Source: an uncultured delta proteobacterium (GTDB lineage: Bacteria; Desulfobacterota; WTBG01; CAIYCZ01). From it: a stretch of 64,000 bases of DNA. A program made the translations under genes and the position numbers. Where the stretch lies: contig CAWDOY010000001.1 of assembly GCA_963803975.1 (NCBI GenBank), positions 128,001 through 192,000 of the forward strand, in the 5' to 3' direction. Below, one piece after another: positions 11,152 to 21,567 of this stretch. Within the stretch, counting starts at the first letter, position 1. The number at the start of each line of letters is the position of its first letter. Under the pieces are notes generated by a model, which worked only from the letters and a program-made list of their open reading frames with translations, ran no database searches and was not told the DNA's origin.

Positions 11152-12498
11152 ATGAAAGAACGATATGATGTGGTAGTGGTCGGCGCCGGTCCGTCAGGGC
11201 TTCTGGCAGCAAAGGCAGTGGCAGAGAACGGCTTTGATGTGGCAGTGGTTGAGCGCAAGGAAAAGATAGAAGTTATCGGCAGAACCTGCGGCCAGACGCT
11301 GTTGCCCCCCAATGATTATTTTTTCGGCGACCTGTTTCACTATAATGCGCGGGATAAAAGATTCTGCTTTCCCAAAAGCGGCCTCAGCTTTCCCTACAGC
11401 GGCCCGATTAAAAATCTTTATGACTGGTATATGTATTCCCCGGGGATGAAGCGGATGCACTTCGGCTACCCGGAAGGATATACTCCGCCCATACCGGGGA
11501 TGCTCAAGGCGCCCATCGCCCTCACCTATGACAAGGAAGTGCTGACCGCGGACCTGCTGAAGGAAGCACGCAGCGCACGCGCAGAGATATTTGAGAATTG
11601 TGAGTTCACCGATATCACCTGGGCCGGCCCCGAGACCATCGTAATTGCCGGGGGCAAACAGTTTCGCTGCACCTATGTGATTGCCGCCGACGGCACCAAC
11701 TCGCGGGTAGTGCAGAAGCTCGGGTTCAACAATGAGCGGCGGCACATCACCAATCTTTTCGTCAAATCGTTTTTCGTCAGCGGGTTTAAGTCGCCGGTTG
11801 CCGGAGAGCCCATTGTTACGGGTGTCAACATTTTTCAGGGCAAGCCGGTATATCTGTTCGCGGTGCCGCGGCCGGAAGGCGGGGACTGGAACCTGCTCTT
11901 CCTGACGCTTGAGCAGGGGATTGATATTGGCGCTGCGGCAGAACAGATCATGAAAGATTCTCCCTTTGCCCAGTACTGCAAGGGCGCGAAAATCGAGCGT
12001 GAACTGGCCGCCATGGAAGTGATTCAGTCGCCCATTGTGAAGCCGTTCAAGAACAACGTGGTCATTGTCGGCGACGCCGGCTCCTGCCAGGAGCTTGAAT
12101 GCCTGGGCGCGATGATCACCGGGTGGAAGGGCGGCCTTGCCGTGGCCGCTGCCCTGAAAGAGTTTCAGCTTGGCATTGCTCCCCGGGCTATTGCCGACTA
12201 CTGTGACTGGTGGCTCAATACCTACATCAAGCAGTATGACTACCAGGACTACCTGCAGGTGTTCGGCATTGCCTACATGTTCCCGAAGCCTGAGATTATA
12301 GATTATATATTCAGTCTGTTGAACCAGACCTTCCCGCCGACCTTTAACCCGTACACCGCGGTTAAGCATCTCGGCCTTGCCATGCAGATGGCCTTCCCGA
12401 AAATAATGGCTGAGCGGCCGGACATACTGCAGGAGCTGGTGCCGAACATGCTGGCATTTCCGTCCGATGTGCTGGCTAAGACGTTGAAGGACAAATAG
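11152..12498 (+). CDS. FAD-dependent oxidoreductase, geranylgeranyl-reductase-like family
   Basis: YDVVVVGAGPSG, VIAADGTNS, VVIVGDAG; AGGAGG RBS. Confidence 0.75.
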   Translation: MKERYDVVVVGAGPSGLLAAKAVAENGFDVAVVERKEKIEVIGRTCGQTLLPPNDYFFGDLFHYNARDKRFCFPKSGLSFPYSGPIKNLYDWYMYSPGMKRMHFGYPEGYTPPIPGMLKAPIALTYDKEVLTADLLKEARSARAEIFENCEFTDITWAGPETIVIAGGKQFRCTYVIAADGTNSRVVQKLGFNNERRHITNLFVKSFFVSGFKSPVAGEPIVTGVNIFQGKPVYLFAVPRPEGGDWNLLFLTLEQGIDIGAAAEQIMKDSPFAQYCKGAKIERELAAMEVIQSPIVKPFKNNVVIVGDAGSCQELECLGAMITGWKGGLAVAAALKEFQLGIAPRAIADYCDWWLNTYIKQYDYQDYLQVFGIAYMFPKPEIIDYIFSLLNQTFPPTFNPYTAVKHLGLAMQMAFPKIMAERPDILQELVPNMLAFPSDVLAKTLKDK

Positions 12499-12718
12499 CA
12501 GTTTATTGGGGACGCAGATTTTCGCTGATACCGAGCAGATTTATAGAATAGGCCACAGAAGTTTCACAGTTAAGAGGCACAGAATTTTCAGGAAAATATT
12601 GATTCTGTGCTTTTCTGTGTTTTCAGTGGCTAACCTGAAAAGGGCAGAGGTTATCACTGGCTTCTGCCCTTACTTTTTTCTTGAGCCTAACTATCGGATA
12701 TGGTATCACTAATTAGCA

Positions 12719-14050
12719 GTGAGCACACTCACGAAAAGGAAGGATATTCAAGGGCGTATGGTCTGGCCTGAGGTTGGAATCTATGTAGGCGAAGGCGCAT
12801 CACATTCATGGACCTGGTTTGCTGACATCTTTGACCGGAGAGGCATCTACAGCGTCAGATTCTTTGATGAAGCTGCAATAGCAGATGGGGCTTTGGACGC
12901 TATAGACGTGCTTTTTATTTCCGGCGGTGACACGTTTGCCATTGCCGAGGGACTCGGCAGCACGGGGGCTGCACAGCTTGAGGCATTCATTCTCCAGGGC
13001 GGGGTTTACATCGGCTCATGCGCAGGTGCGTATCTGCCGCTCAAGTCATCGCTCTATCCGCTCAATCAGTTCAACCTGGTGACCTCGCGGATAACCAACC
13101 TGACAAAAAACCTTCCTGCGCCTAAACAGATGGCAGAAAAATTCTGCACTGAGTACGGCTGCCGGTATGTATTTCATCCGGTGCGTGAAGAAGTGAGGGT
13201 GAAAATAGCTGGCGGCTTTTCCTGTGCCGGGAAGGAAATGCGCGTGCCGCTCTATGGCGGGCCGGCCATGACCGCATCAGATGATATTGAAGTACTGGCA
13301 TACTATACCGGATTCACGGATAAGACAGAGTTTCTGGTGGACCGGGAAGTAGCTGAACAAACCCTGATCAGGTAACGTCGCCATTGCCCGGAAACGCCTG
13401 GGGCAGGGGGTCATTTATTTATTAGGACCGCATTTTGAGCATCCCCATTATCCGGCAGCCAACAGCATAATTTTTGAAGCCATGCTCGATGGTTATGCGG
13501 AGCCGCGGCTGCAGCCGGAGCAGTGCTGACATTTGCCTGCGATGAACCAGGAATTGCTAACAAGAATTTGATGCGCGCGTTCAAGAGTGAAATAAGCAAC
13601 GGCCGCATTGTCGCCCTGGCTCTGGAGCGAAAGCCGCTCCAGTGGCTTATTGGCAAAAAGGTTTATGATCCTGAAAAAATACGGGTATTTTTGGAAGCGG
13701 TGTGGTCACGGATTTCCGTGATTGACCGGGTGGAATGTATGGCTGAGGAAGAAGGGTATTACCTGCTGCACACCGCTCAAAGCGTGACCACCATGCTGAA
13801 GACATTGAAAAATGAATCCGACGCCGGACATGCGGTGACGGTTGCTGCAGAAGAACTGTTTGCTAAGCTTAAAGCATTAGCAGCGGCATTTTTAACGCTC
13901 TATTTCAGATTGAAAGAGTTCGGGAGTTCAGGAGTTGAGGGGTTCAGGAGTGCTCAGAAGCATCAAAACTGCGCAGCAGAACTCCACACTCCTCAACTCT
14001 CACAACTCATTAACCAGAGGAGGCTACATGAAACACTATCTCTACTTTGA
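12719..14050 (+). CDS. BPL-N / class I glutamine amidotransferase-like protein (frameshifted near 13370-13520)
   Basis: IYVGEGA, LFISGGD, GGVYIGSCAGAY nucleophile elbow; GPHFEHP read in the shifted frame at ~13426-13446. Confidence 0.65.
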
Positions 14051-14835
14051 AGCAACAGCGCTGCTCTACATTTTAACGATTCGTCACCTTTATATTTTTC
14101 TTTGCCGGGGTATTTGTGACCATTTCCCTCTGGCGGCGCGGCAAGGCAAAGAGCCTGTATCACAGCGTCAGCACGCCGGCCATCATCAAAGCGTTTATTG
14201 TCAATGTGGTACTGCAGCTGCAGATCATTAAATTCAGCTTCATCCGCTGGGTTATGCACTTCTGCATATTTATCGGGTTCATGGGCCTGCTGGCCCTGAC
14301 AGCATGGGAAGCGTTTCTTGCCGATATCCTGCCGGCAAGTTCCGCCCTGGTGAGAGTATTTTTTAACAACGGCGGCAGGCTGATCCTGGATGTATGGGGT
14401 GAGGTGTTTGGCACGATGCTCCTCGCGGGGCTCATCATTGCGCTCCTGCGGCGCTATGTTTTCAGGGTCGCCCAGCTTGATACCATCCTGAAAGACACGG
14501 TTTCCATAGTTCTGCTGCTCATAATCAGCGTGAGCGGGTTCATCGCCGAGGCATTCAGGCTCATGGCGATACCGGGATCACCTGATCTTATCTACTCGTT
14601 TGTTGGTCTTCTGTTTGCAAAAGTTTTTGCAGCAGCAGGCATCCCGATGCTTAATTATAAACTGTTTGTCTGGCTGCACGGCCTGGCAGCCATGCTGTTC
14701 ATTGCGCTCATTCCGTTCAGCAAAATGTGGCACGCGTTTGCGAGCCCCATTGAAATTATTCTTGATGCATCCGAGAAGCAGGGGAAACATGAAGAAGAAG
14801 TTGCTGCCGCCCACTATTCAGTGTCCCGCAGCTGA
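14028..14835 (+). CDS. NarI/HdrE-like b-type cytochrome membrane anchor (frameshift near 14080)
   Basis: GAGGAGG + ATG 14028; RWVMHFCIFIGF, WLHGL, IPFSKMWH haem-ligating His pattern; 5-6 TM segments. Confidence 0.75.
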
Positions 14836-14918
14836 TGAAAAAATATTTGTACCACTGAGAGCACAGAGAATTGTGTGCTCTGTGGTTTGTTATTGGCCAG
14901 AGATAAAGGAGTCTACCC

Positions 14919-16251
14919 ATGGAGAACGAGGTAAAAATAGATCAGGAAACACCAGTACGGGAAGTTAAAGTTGAAAACCTGAGTATGCGCCAGCTGCTGG
15001 AGCTTGATGCCTGCACCCGCTGCGGTGAGTGCTCAAACTGGTGCCCGGCCTATGAGCAGGACAAGCGGGAGCCCATCAACCCCCGCGGCAGGGCCTATGA
15101 TTTCAGGAGGCTCATCAGACGGCAGTACGGTTTATTCAGGCCGGACGGCTTTCTGGGAAAGTTATTCGGTAAGAAGCCCATCAGCTGAAGCAGAGATAAA
15201 GAGGATGGCCGCTGACCTGTATGAGTGCAGCACCTGCCGGCAATGCCATTTTGTGTGCCCGGCGAGCATTGATACGGTTGAGCTCTGGGAAGCCATCAGG
15301 CGCTCGTTTGTGGAGGCAGGATACGGGCCGCTGGATTCTCAGAAAGATCTGGTCACCAGCGTAAAATCTTATGATAACCCGTGGCGACAGCCGCGCAGCT
15401 CCCGCGCCCGCTGGACGAGGGTGGCAAAAAAGAAAAAGAGAATTAAGGAAGAGCCGAAAGATCTTGGCAAAAACAAGGCAGAGGTGATCTACTTTGTGGG
15501 CTGCACCGGCTCCTATGATGTGAATGTTGAAGAAGTGGCAATAAATACGGTAAACATTTTAGAGCACTCACAGACTGATTTCGGCATCCTCGGCAACAAG
15601 GAGAAGTGCTGCGGCAGCGTGCTGCTGCGCATGGGCGACCGGGAATCATTTGAAACCATAGCCCAGGAGAACATAAAACAGTTTAATGAACTGGGCATCA
15701 AGACGCTGGTGACCTCCTGTTCCGGCTGTTTCAAAACCATTAAGGAAGACTATGCAAAAGTGGGCGGGATGAATTTTGATATCAAGCACACTGCAGAGTA
15801 CCTGGTTGAGCTGATTAAATCAGGCAAGCTCGAGCTCAAGCATGAAGTGAAGATGAAGGTCACCTACCACGACCCGTGTCATCTGGGCCGGCACAGCGGT
15901 GTGTATGATGCTCCCCGGGAACTGCTGCGGAGCATCCCGGGCATTGAGTTTGTGGAGATGGAGCGCTCCCGCGAATTTTCCCGCTGCTGCGGGGCCGGCG
16001 GCGGGCTCAAGGCAGGGTATCCCGATATCCAGAACAAGATTTCCCAGCAGCGCATCAGTGACGCGATAGCAACCGGAGCAACCGAGCTGGTCTCTGCCTG
16101 CCCGTTCTGCTATCAGGGGCTGCAGGTGGGAATCCAGGCCATGAATGCGCCGATCACCATGCGCGATATCACCGAGCTGGTCTACAGGTCTCTTACCGGA
16201 AAAACCGAGCAAGAGAGACCCGCAGCCGAGGGAGAGGCTGAGGCAGAATAG
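14919..16251 (+). CDS. HdrD/GlpC-like Fe-S oxidoreductase (4Fe-4S dicluster plus two CCG domains; frameshift near 15185)
   Basis: CTRCGECSNWCP, CSTCRQCHFVCP, YFVGC, EKCCG, YHDPCHLGR, RCCGAGGG, ACPFC. Confidence 0.85.
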
Positions 16252-16356
16252 TGATTCATAGCGGGGACTAGAGGAAACCGGAATACTCTTTTTTCGTGAG
16301 TTCTTGATTGATATGTGGACAGAGAAGACCCCTATAGTAACATCATTTTGAATGGT

Positions 16357-17334
16357 ATGTTTAGCAGCAAAAGACAATCTTCCCCACCGTATCGTCACTG
16401 CTTTTTATTAATACTGCTTTGCCTGGTATTACTGTGCACTACCGCATGCTCTCCGTCAAAAAGCGAGGGCATGAAAATCCGCCTTGGCTATCTCCAGAGT
16501 GATCTGCACCATCTGCCTGCTTTTGTTGCCATAGAAAAAGGATATTTTCAGCAGGAAGGATTAGCTGTTGAAGTGATCGGCGCGTTCAGGGCCGGCCCCG
16601 AACTTATGAGCGCTTTTTCCGCACAAGCACTTGATGTCGGGTATGTCGGCCTGGCGCCGGCTATCACGGCAAAGGCCAATAGCACTGCACATATTAAATG
16701 CATTGCCCTGGTAAACACGGAAGGCTCTGCCATCGTAGCAGGGAAAGAGTCGTCCGGTAAGAGCGTGGCTGATTTAAAGGGGAAGGTGGTAACTATTCCC
16801 GGACATGCAACGATGCAGGATTTTCTGCTCAGAAGAGCGCTCAAACAACAGGGAATCGCTGTTAATGAAATTAAATTGCTGGTCCTCAAACCCCCCGAGA
16901 TGATTCCTGCCCTCAGCAGAAAAGATATTGATGCCTTTATTGCATGGGAGCCGTATCCGTCAAAAGCGGTCACTGAGAACGCAGGCAGGATCTTAATGAC
17001 GTCGCATCAGATCTGGGCGCAGCATCCCTGCTGTGTTATTGTTGCGGATGAAGAGTTTTGCGGAAAGCACCCGGAGATGGTGCAAAAGCTGAAAAGCGTT
17101 CACCGACGAGCCGTTGAATTTATAAATGCCAACAGGCCGGAAGCCATAGCTATTGGTGTTAACTATACCGGCATGGATGGTAAAACAGTAGCCGCGGCTC
17201 TGGGCAACATCACCTATGGTGGCGTGCTTGAGCGGCAGTATGTGGCTGAATATGTTGATTTTTTAAGGGAGTTACGTTATATAAGGCCAGACATAGCAAA
17301 GGATTTTTTAATGAGTATCTTGCCTGAACAGTAG
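16357..17334 (+). CDS. ABC transporter substrate-binding lipoprotein, SsuA/TauA/NMT1 family
   Basis: Lipobox CTTAC; IRLGYL..HHLPAFVAIEKGYF, AWEPY, HPCCV. Confidence 0.8.
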   Translation: MFSSKRQSSPPYRHCFLLILLCLVLLCTTACSPSKSEGMKIRLGYLQSDLHHLPAFVAIEKGYFQQEGLAVEVIGAFRAGPELMSAFSAQALDVGYVGLAPAITAKANSTAHIKCIALVNTEGSAIVAGKESSGKSVADLKGKVVTIPGHATMQDFLLRRALKQQGIAVNEIKLLVLKPPEMIPALSRKDIDAFIAWEPYPSKAVTENAGRILMTSHQIWAQHPCCVIVADEEFCGKHPEMVQKLKSVHRRAVEFINANRPEAIAIGVNYTGMDGKTVAAALGNITYGGVLERQYVAEYVDFLRELRYIRPDIAKDFLMSILPEQ

Positions 17335-17396
17335 TTTTCCCTCTACGCTGCTCATTAAAAACAAGAGTTACGGGGAATAATACAGCAGCTGCGCGC

Positions 17397-18165
17397 ATGA
17401 ATTATCTTAAAAAGAACAGTAAACTCCTTTTTCCCCTTCTGCTGCTTGTTTTATGGCAGATATTTTCCTCATCCGGGTTATTTCCCTCCGCAGATACTTC
17501 CCTCACCGCTCCAGATTGTGACCGGTATCAAAGAGCTTGTGTTTGCCGGGCTTCCGCCGGGCAACAGCCTGTTGCTCCATTGTTTTGAAAGTCTTCTGCG
17601 TGTTTCAGCGGGCTTTGCTCTAGCGCTTATTATGGGAGTGCCGCTGGGCATTATGGTCGGAAGGTTTAAGCTGCTGAGAAACATGCTGACCCCGGTTATA
17701 GAAACCATTCGCCCGATTCCACCCCTTGCCTGGATCCCGCTCGCCATTCTGTGGTTTGGCATCGGCTTTAAATCAGCGCTGTTTATTATCTTTTTGGGAT
17801 GCTTTTTCCCGATACTGCTGAGCACCATTTCAGGTGTGCTCTCAGTAGACACGATACTCATTGATGCAGCAAAGACCCTGGGAGCAACAGAGAAGAAAAT
17901 ATTCCTTCAGATATTGATCCCTGCTGCCACTCCTTCAATTTTTACCGGCATCCGCATCGGGGTTGGTATTGGCTGGATGACCCTGGTTGCCGCGGAATTT
18001 ACCGGCGTGAAGAGCGGCTATGGCCTGGGATATATGATTATGGTGGCGCGTGATATTCAGCGGCCTGATCTGGTTATCGGCGGTATGGCGGCCATCGGAT
18101 TGATGGGCTATCTGCTTGATGCAGGGCTGCGCATGCTGGAAGCGCGGACGCTGAAATGGAGATAA
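17397..18165 (+). CDS. ABC transporter permease, SsuC/TauC family (frameshift near 17490)
   Basis: RPIPPLAWIPLAILWFGIG, DAAKTLGA (EAA loop), WMTLVAAE..GLGY. Confidence 0.85.
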
Positions 18166-18252
18166 AGAATCAGCTGACAGCGTTCAGCAATCAGCTGTCA
18201 GGGACATGTTTGCTGAAAGCTGACGGCTGATAGCTACAGTGCTTAAAAAACT

Positions 18253-19017
18253 ATGACCTTAGAGCTGAAAAATCTCTGTAAAACATATACTGACGAATCG
18301 GGCGAAAATACGGTTGCAGCGCTCAGTAATATTACCCTTACCGTGAGGGCAGGGGAGTTCCTCTCTGTTATCGGGCCCAGCGGATGCGGCAAGACCACCA
18401 TGCTGCGGATTATCGCAGGCCTGGAGCAGCCTACTGCGGGTGAAGTATTCATTAATGGTGAGCAGCTGGCAGAGCCCTGGAGCAGGGTCGGCTTTGTTTT
18501 CCAGGAGTATGCGCTGTTTCCGTGGCGCACCGTAAGCGAGAATGTGGAGTTCGGTCTTGAGCTTAAAAATATACCGAAGCAGGAGCGACGGCGCATGGCG
18601 CTTGAATATATTAATCAATTTGGCATGGGGGGCTTCGAAAATAAGTATCCCAAGGAGCTTTCCGGAGGCATGAAACAGCGCGTAGCCATAGCGCGCACGC
18701 TCATTACCAATCCCTCCATTATCCTCATGGATGAGCCGTTCGGGTCCCTTGATTCACAGACCCGCAATGCGCTTCAGGAATTCCTGCGGGACGTGTGGCA
18801 AACATCGCAAAAGACCATTATCTTTATTACGCACAATATCGACGAGGCGGTATTTTTAAGCCACCGGGTAATCGGATTCTCGCGGCGGCCCGGGACTATC
18901 AAGTTTTCCCTCGACATTGATATACCTGCGCCACGCGACCGGACCGGCTCAGAGTTCAACCAATGCCGGAAACAGATTCTTGGTTTTCTGCAGCAGGAGA
19001 GCATGGCAGATAAATAA
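18253..19017 (+). CDS. ABC transporter ATP-binding protein, SsuB/TauB family
   Basis: GPSGCGKTT, FQEYALFPW, LSGGMKQRVAIAR, MDEPFG. Confidence 0.9.
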   Translation: MTLELKNLCKTYTDESGENTVAALSNITLTVRAGEFLSVIGPSGCGKTTMLRIIAGLEQPTAGEVFINGEQLAEPWSRVGFVFQEYALFPWRTVSENVEFGLELKNIPKQERRRMALEYINQFGMGGFENKYPKELSGGMKQRVAIARTLITNPSIILMDEPFGSLDSQTRNALQEFLRDVWQTSQKTIIFITHNIDEAVFLSHRVIGFSRRPGTIKFSLDIDIPAPRDRTGSEFNQCRKQILGFLQQESMADK

Positions 19018-19078
19018 ACAGACTGCAGCGATTAGCGGTCAGTTTTCAGCTTTGAATAATTTATGGAAATAATATTTC

Positions 19079-19756
19079 ATGGAAGAATTATTTTCTAAAG
19101 CTCTTGCAAAAATTGAGGAGAAATTCACGCTCACCCCTGTTGAGCTTCCGCATGATTTGAAAGAAACCCGCTTTCCCCTGGGGCTTCTGGAAATGCAGTG
19201 CTTCAACTGGAAGGCCGGGGGAATTCGAAAAATATATGCCATGCGGCTGAAGATCAAGGTGCCCTCACTTGATATCCTGGGAATGGCAATCTATCCGGAG
19301 CCTGATGTTGATGTTCCCATATTTTGTTTTGATCTCTCCTGTGCCAGGAAAAAAATCGTGACGTATATAAATGCTATCCCGCTGTTGCAGGATGAAGCAT
19401 TTACAAAAAAGTATCTTGACCCTTTCAAGCCGGCCCATGATGCATACCGCAGTTTCCCGCCGCACAAGAAGCCTGAATGGATGCTTCGCTATACATCGCC
19501 CTATACTATTTACTCAATGCCTGAGCTTGAACGGGCACGGGACATCAAGGCTTGTGTGCTTGATTATTTAGCAGTGTACCTGGATATCATTGCCGGTGCG
19601 CCCAGGATAGACAATCCCCAATACCGGATGCGCATTGAGCAGGAACAAAAAAACTACATAAACGAATTGCTGACAAAAGATAATTCGCAGAAAATGCTGG
19701 CAAAACTGCTGGGAAAGGAAAAGACCGGCAGGATCTTTCACGAAGTGCTGGTATAA
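19079..19756 (+). CDS. Ferredoxin-dependent bilin reductase family homologue (PcyA/PebA/PebB/RCCR-like)
   Basis: IYPEPDVDVPIFCFDL resembles FDBR 'FP-P-YDLP-FG-D'; PEW..YTSPY; YL-VY helix; C-terminal KDNSQKMLAKLLGKEKTGRIFHEVL resembles 'D P---L---FG-EW--R-----LF'; size 225 aa fits. Confidence 0.7.
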   Translation: MEELFSKALAKIEEKFTLTPVELPHDLKETRFPLGLLEMQCFNWKAGGIRKIYAMRLKIKVPSLDILGMAIYPEPDVDVPIFCFDLSCARKKIVTYINAIPLLQDEAFTKKYLDPFKPAHDAYRSFPPHKKPEWMLRYTSPYTIYSMPELERARDIKACVLDYLAVYLDIIAGAPRIDNPQYRMRIEQEQKNYINELLTKDNSQKMLAKLLGKEKTGRIFHEVLV

Positions 19757-19763
19757 TGTGCAT

Positions 19764-20832
19764 ATGGACATAAGAACAATACAGGTTGAACTGCAGAGCC
19801 TTGGACTCAGGGTTCCGGACAGCTGCCCCGGCAGAAAAGGCGGGGCAGGGCCTGCTGAAGGCCAGGTGATCATCCTGGCCGGCCGCGCCATCAGCGTCCC
19901 CACGCAGAGCGCCTATGTCGCCGCATCACCCTATGCATTACAGCAGCGGGGCAGCTCTTTCATGCTGTTTAAAGAGACCCGTGAAATAGGGGAGGTCATA
20001 CTGCCCGCACGGCCGCGCTATTATGACCTGCAAACAGCTAACGGGGTTACCTTTGACACGGATTGCCCTGACCCATGGCATAGAGTGCCTGGCATCAACC
20101 GTGTACCAGGACTGTGTCTACTGGAAGACTGCGGACGGCTGCACTTTCTGCGGCATCGGGCTTTCTCTTGCCGGCAACAGCACGGTTCTTGAAAAAGAGC
20201 CGGAAGATATCGGCCTGGTTGCAGAAAACGCCGCGCGTCTTGACGGCGTCACTCACGTGACCCTTACTACCGGCATGCGGGTAAGTGAAAAGACGGTCAT
20301 TCATCATCTCTCCGGCTGTGTAAGGGCGATTAAACAAAGAACCAGTCTGCCGGTGCATGTTCAGATATGCCCTCCCGGGGACCTTAAAGACCTTGAAGCC
20401 CTCAAGCAGGCAGGCGTTGATACCATCGGTATCCATATTGAGACGTTTGATGCTGCGGCGCTCAAGCGGGTGGCTCCGGCAAAAGCTGCGTGTGGACTTG
20501 AGCCGTATATAAAAACATGGAAACATGCTGTTACGGTGTTTGAGAAAAACCAGGTCAGCAGTTTTCTTATAGCAGGGCTTGGCGAAGAGCCTTCAAGCAT
20601 TCTCGCGGGCGCAGAGCTGCTCTGTAAGCTGGGAGTGTTTCCGTATCTTCTGCCGCTGCGTCCCATCCCGGGAACAGCGCTGGCAGAAACAAGACCACCA
20701 GCTCCTGAGACAATGCAATACCTGTATGAGCAGGTAGGGGCTATGCTCCAGAACTACGGGCTGTCTTCAAAGGCATGCACGGCAGGTTGTGTGAGGTGCG
20801 GGGCATGTTCGGCGCTTGCGCTGTTTGAGTAG
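19764..20832 (+). CDS. Radical SAM protein, MSMEG_0568/Sll0785 (NitD) family (frameshift near 20055)
   Basis: RKGGAGP N-terminus; LASTVYQDCVYW....CTFCGI atypical Cys motif; GIHIETFD; NQVSSFLIAGLGE; C-terminal AGCVRCGACS. Confidence 0.85.
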
Positions 20833-21010
20833 CTAAGTCCTCGATTCATAAATTCGGTGACGAATTTACTCACTCAGGACTTAGTGCTGAGTCAGCATTG
20901 TAAAGCTTTTATTTGGATCACATACGTCACTGTATTTGCGAATCGAAGCACTAAGGGGTTGGGGTTTGGGGGTTCGGGATTAGTGGTTCACGGGACTAAG
21001 CGGCTTTTAT

Positions 21011-21457
21011 ATGATGCTTGAAATAGAATGCAGGCCGGTTCAGAATAACGACGAACTGCGCGAGAGCTTTGCTCTCCGCAAAAAAGTTTTTGTTGAAGAG
21101 CAGCAGCTGTTCAGACGGACTGACCGTGACCGGCATGATAAGCAGGCCATTCATATTGTTGCCCTGTGCCATAATAATGTTGTCGGCACGGTGCGGGTGC
21201 ATCACCAGAAAGCCGGCATCTGGTTTGGCAGCAGGCTGGCAGTGTTACAACAGTTCCGCGGCAGGGCAGGGAAATTGCTCATACAGAAAGCGGTGCACGT
21301 GGTAAAAGAGAAAGGGGCACAGCAGTTTCGTGCGCATATTCTGCTGAGAAATGTTCCTTTATTTAAGAGGCTCGGGTGGGTGACGGCAGGGCATGTTTTT
21401 ACCTACCGCGGCCAGCCTCACCAGATGATGGAAGCTAATCTTGACCACAAACAGTGA
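21011..21457 (+). CDS. GNAT N-acetyltransferase, MSMEG_0567/Sll0786 family
   Basis: LRKKVFVEEQQLFRRTDRDRHD, GTVRVH, WFGSRLAV, NVPLFKRLGW, PHQMMEA. Confidence 0.85.
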   Translation: MMLEIECRPVQNNDELRESFALRKKVFVEEQQLFRRTDRDRHDKQAIHIVALCHNNVVGTVRVHHQKAGIWFGSRLAVLQQFRGRAGKLLIQKAVHVVKEKGAQQFRAHILLRNVPLFKRLGWVTAGHVFTYRGQPHQMMEANLDHKQ

Positions 21458-21567
21458 ACGGTCGTCAATGAATAGTCAGGTTACAATCTTGAATATGTAG
21501 CTGCTGAGGGTTATTGTAACTATTCACCATTCACTATTCACTAATACGGCAGGCGAGGACTCTTGTG

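Noticed and set aside
11194..12369. 391-aa antisense ORF
   Set aside because: Shadow of the FAD oxidoreductase on the opposite strand; no motifs or RBS.
15180..15190. TGA in the HdrD-like gene as possible selenocysteine
   Set aside because: Homology continues in a different frame and the position is not a Cys site; it is a frameshift.
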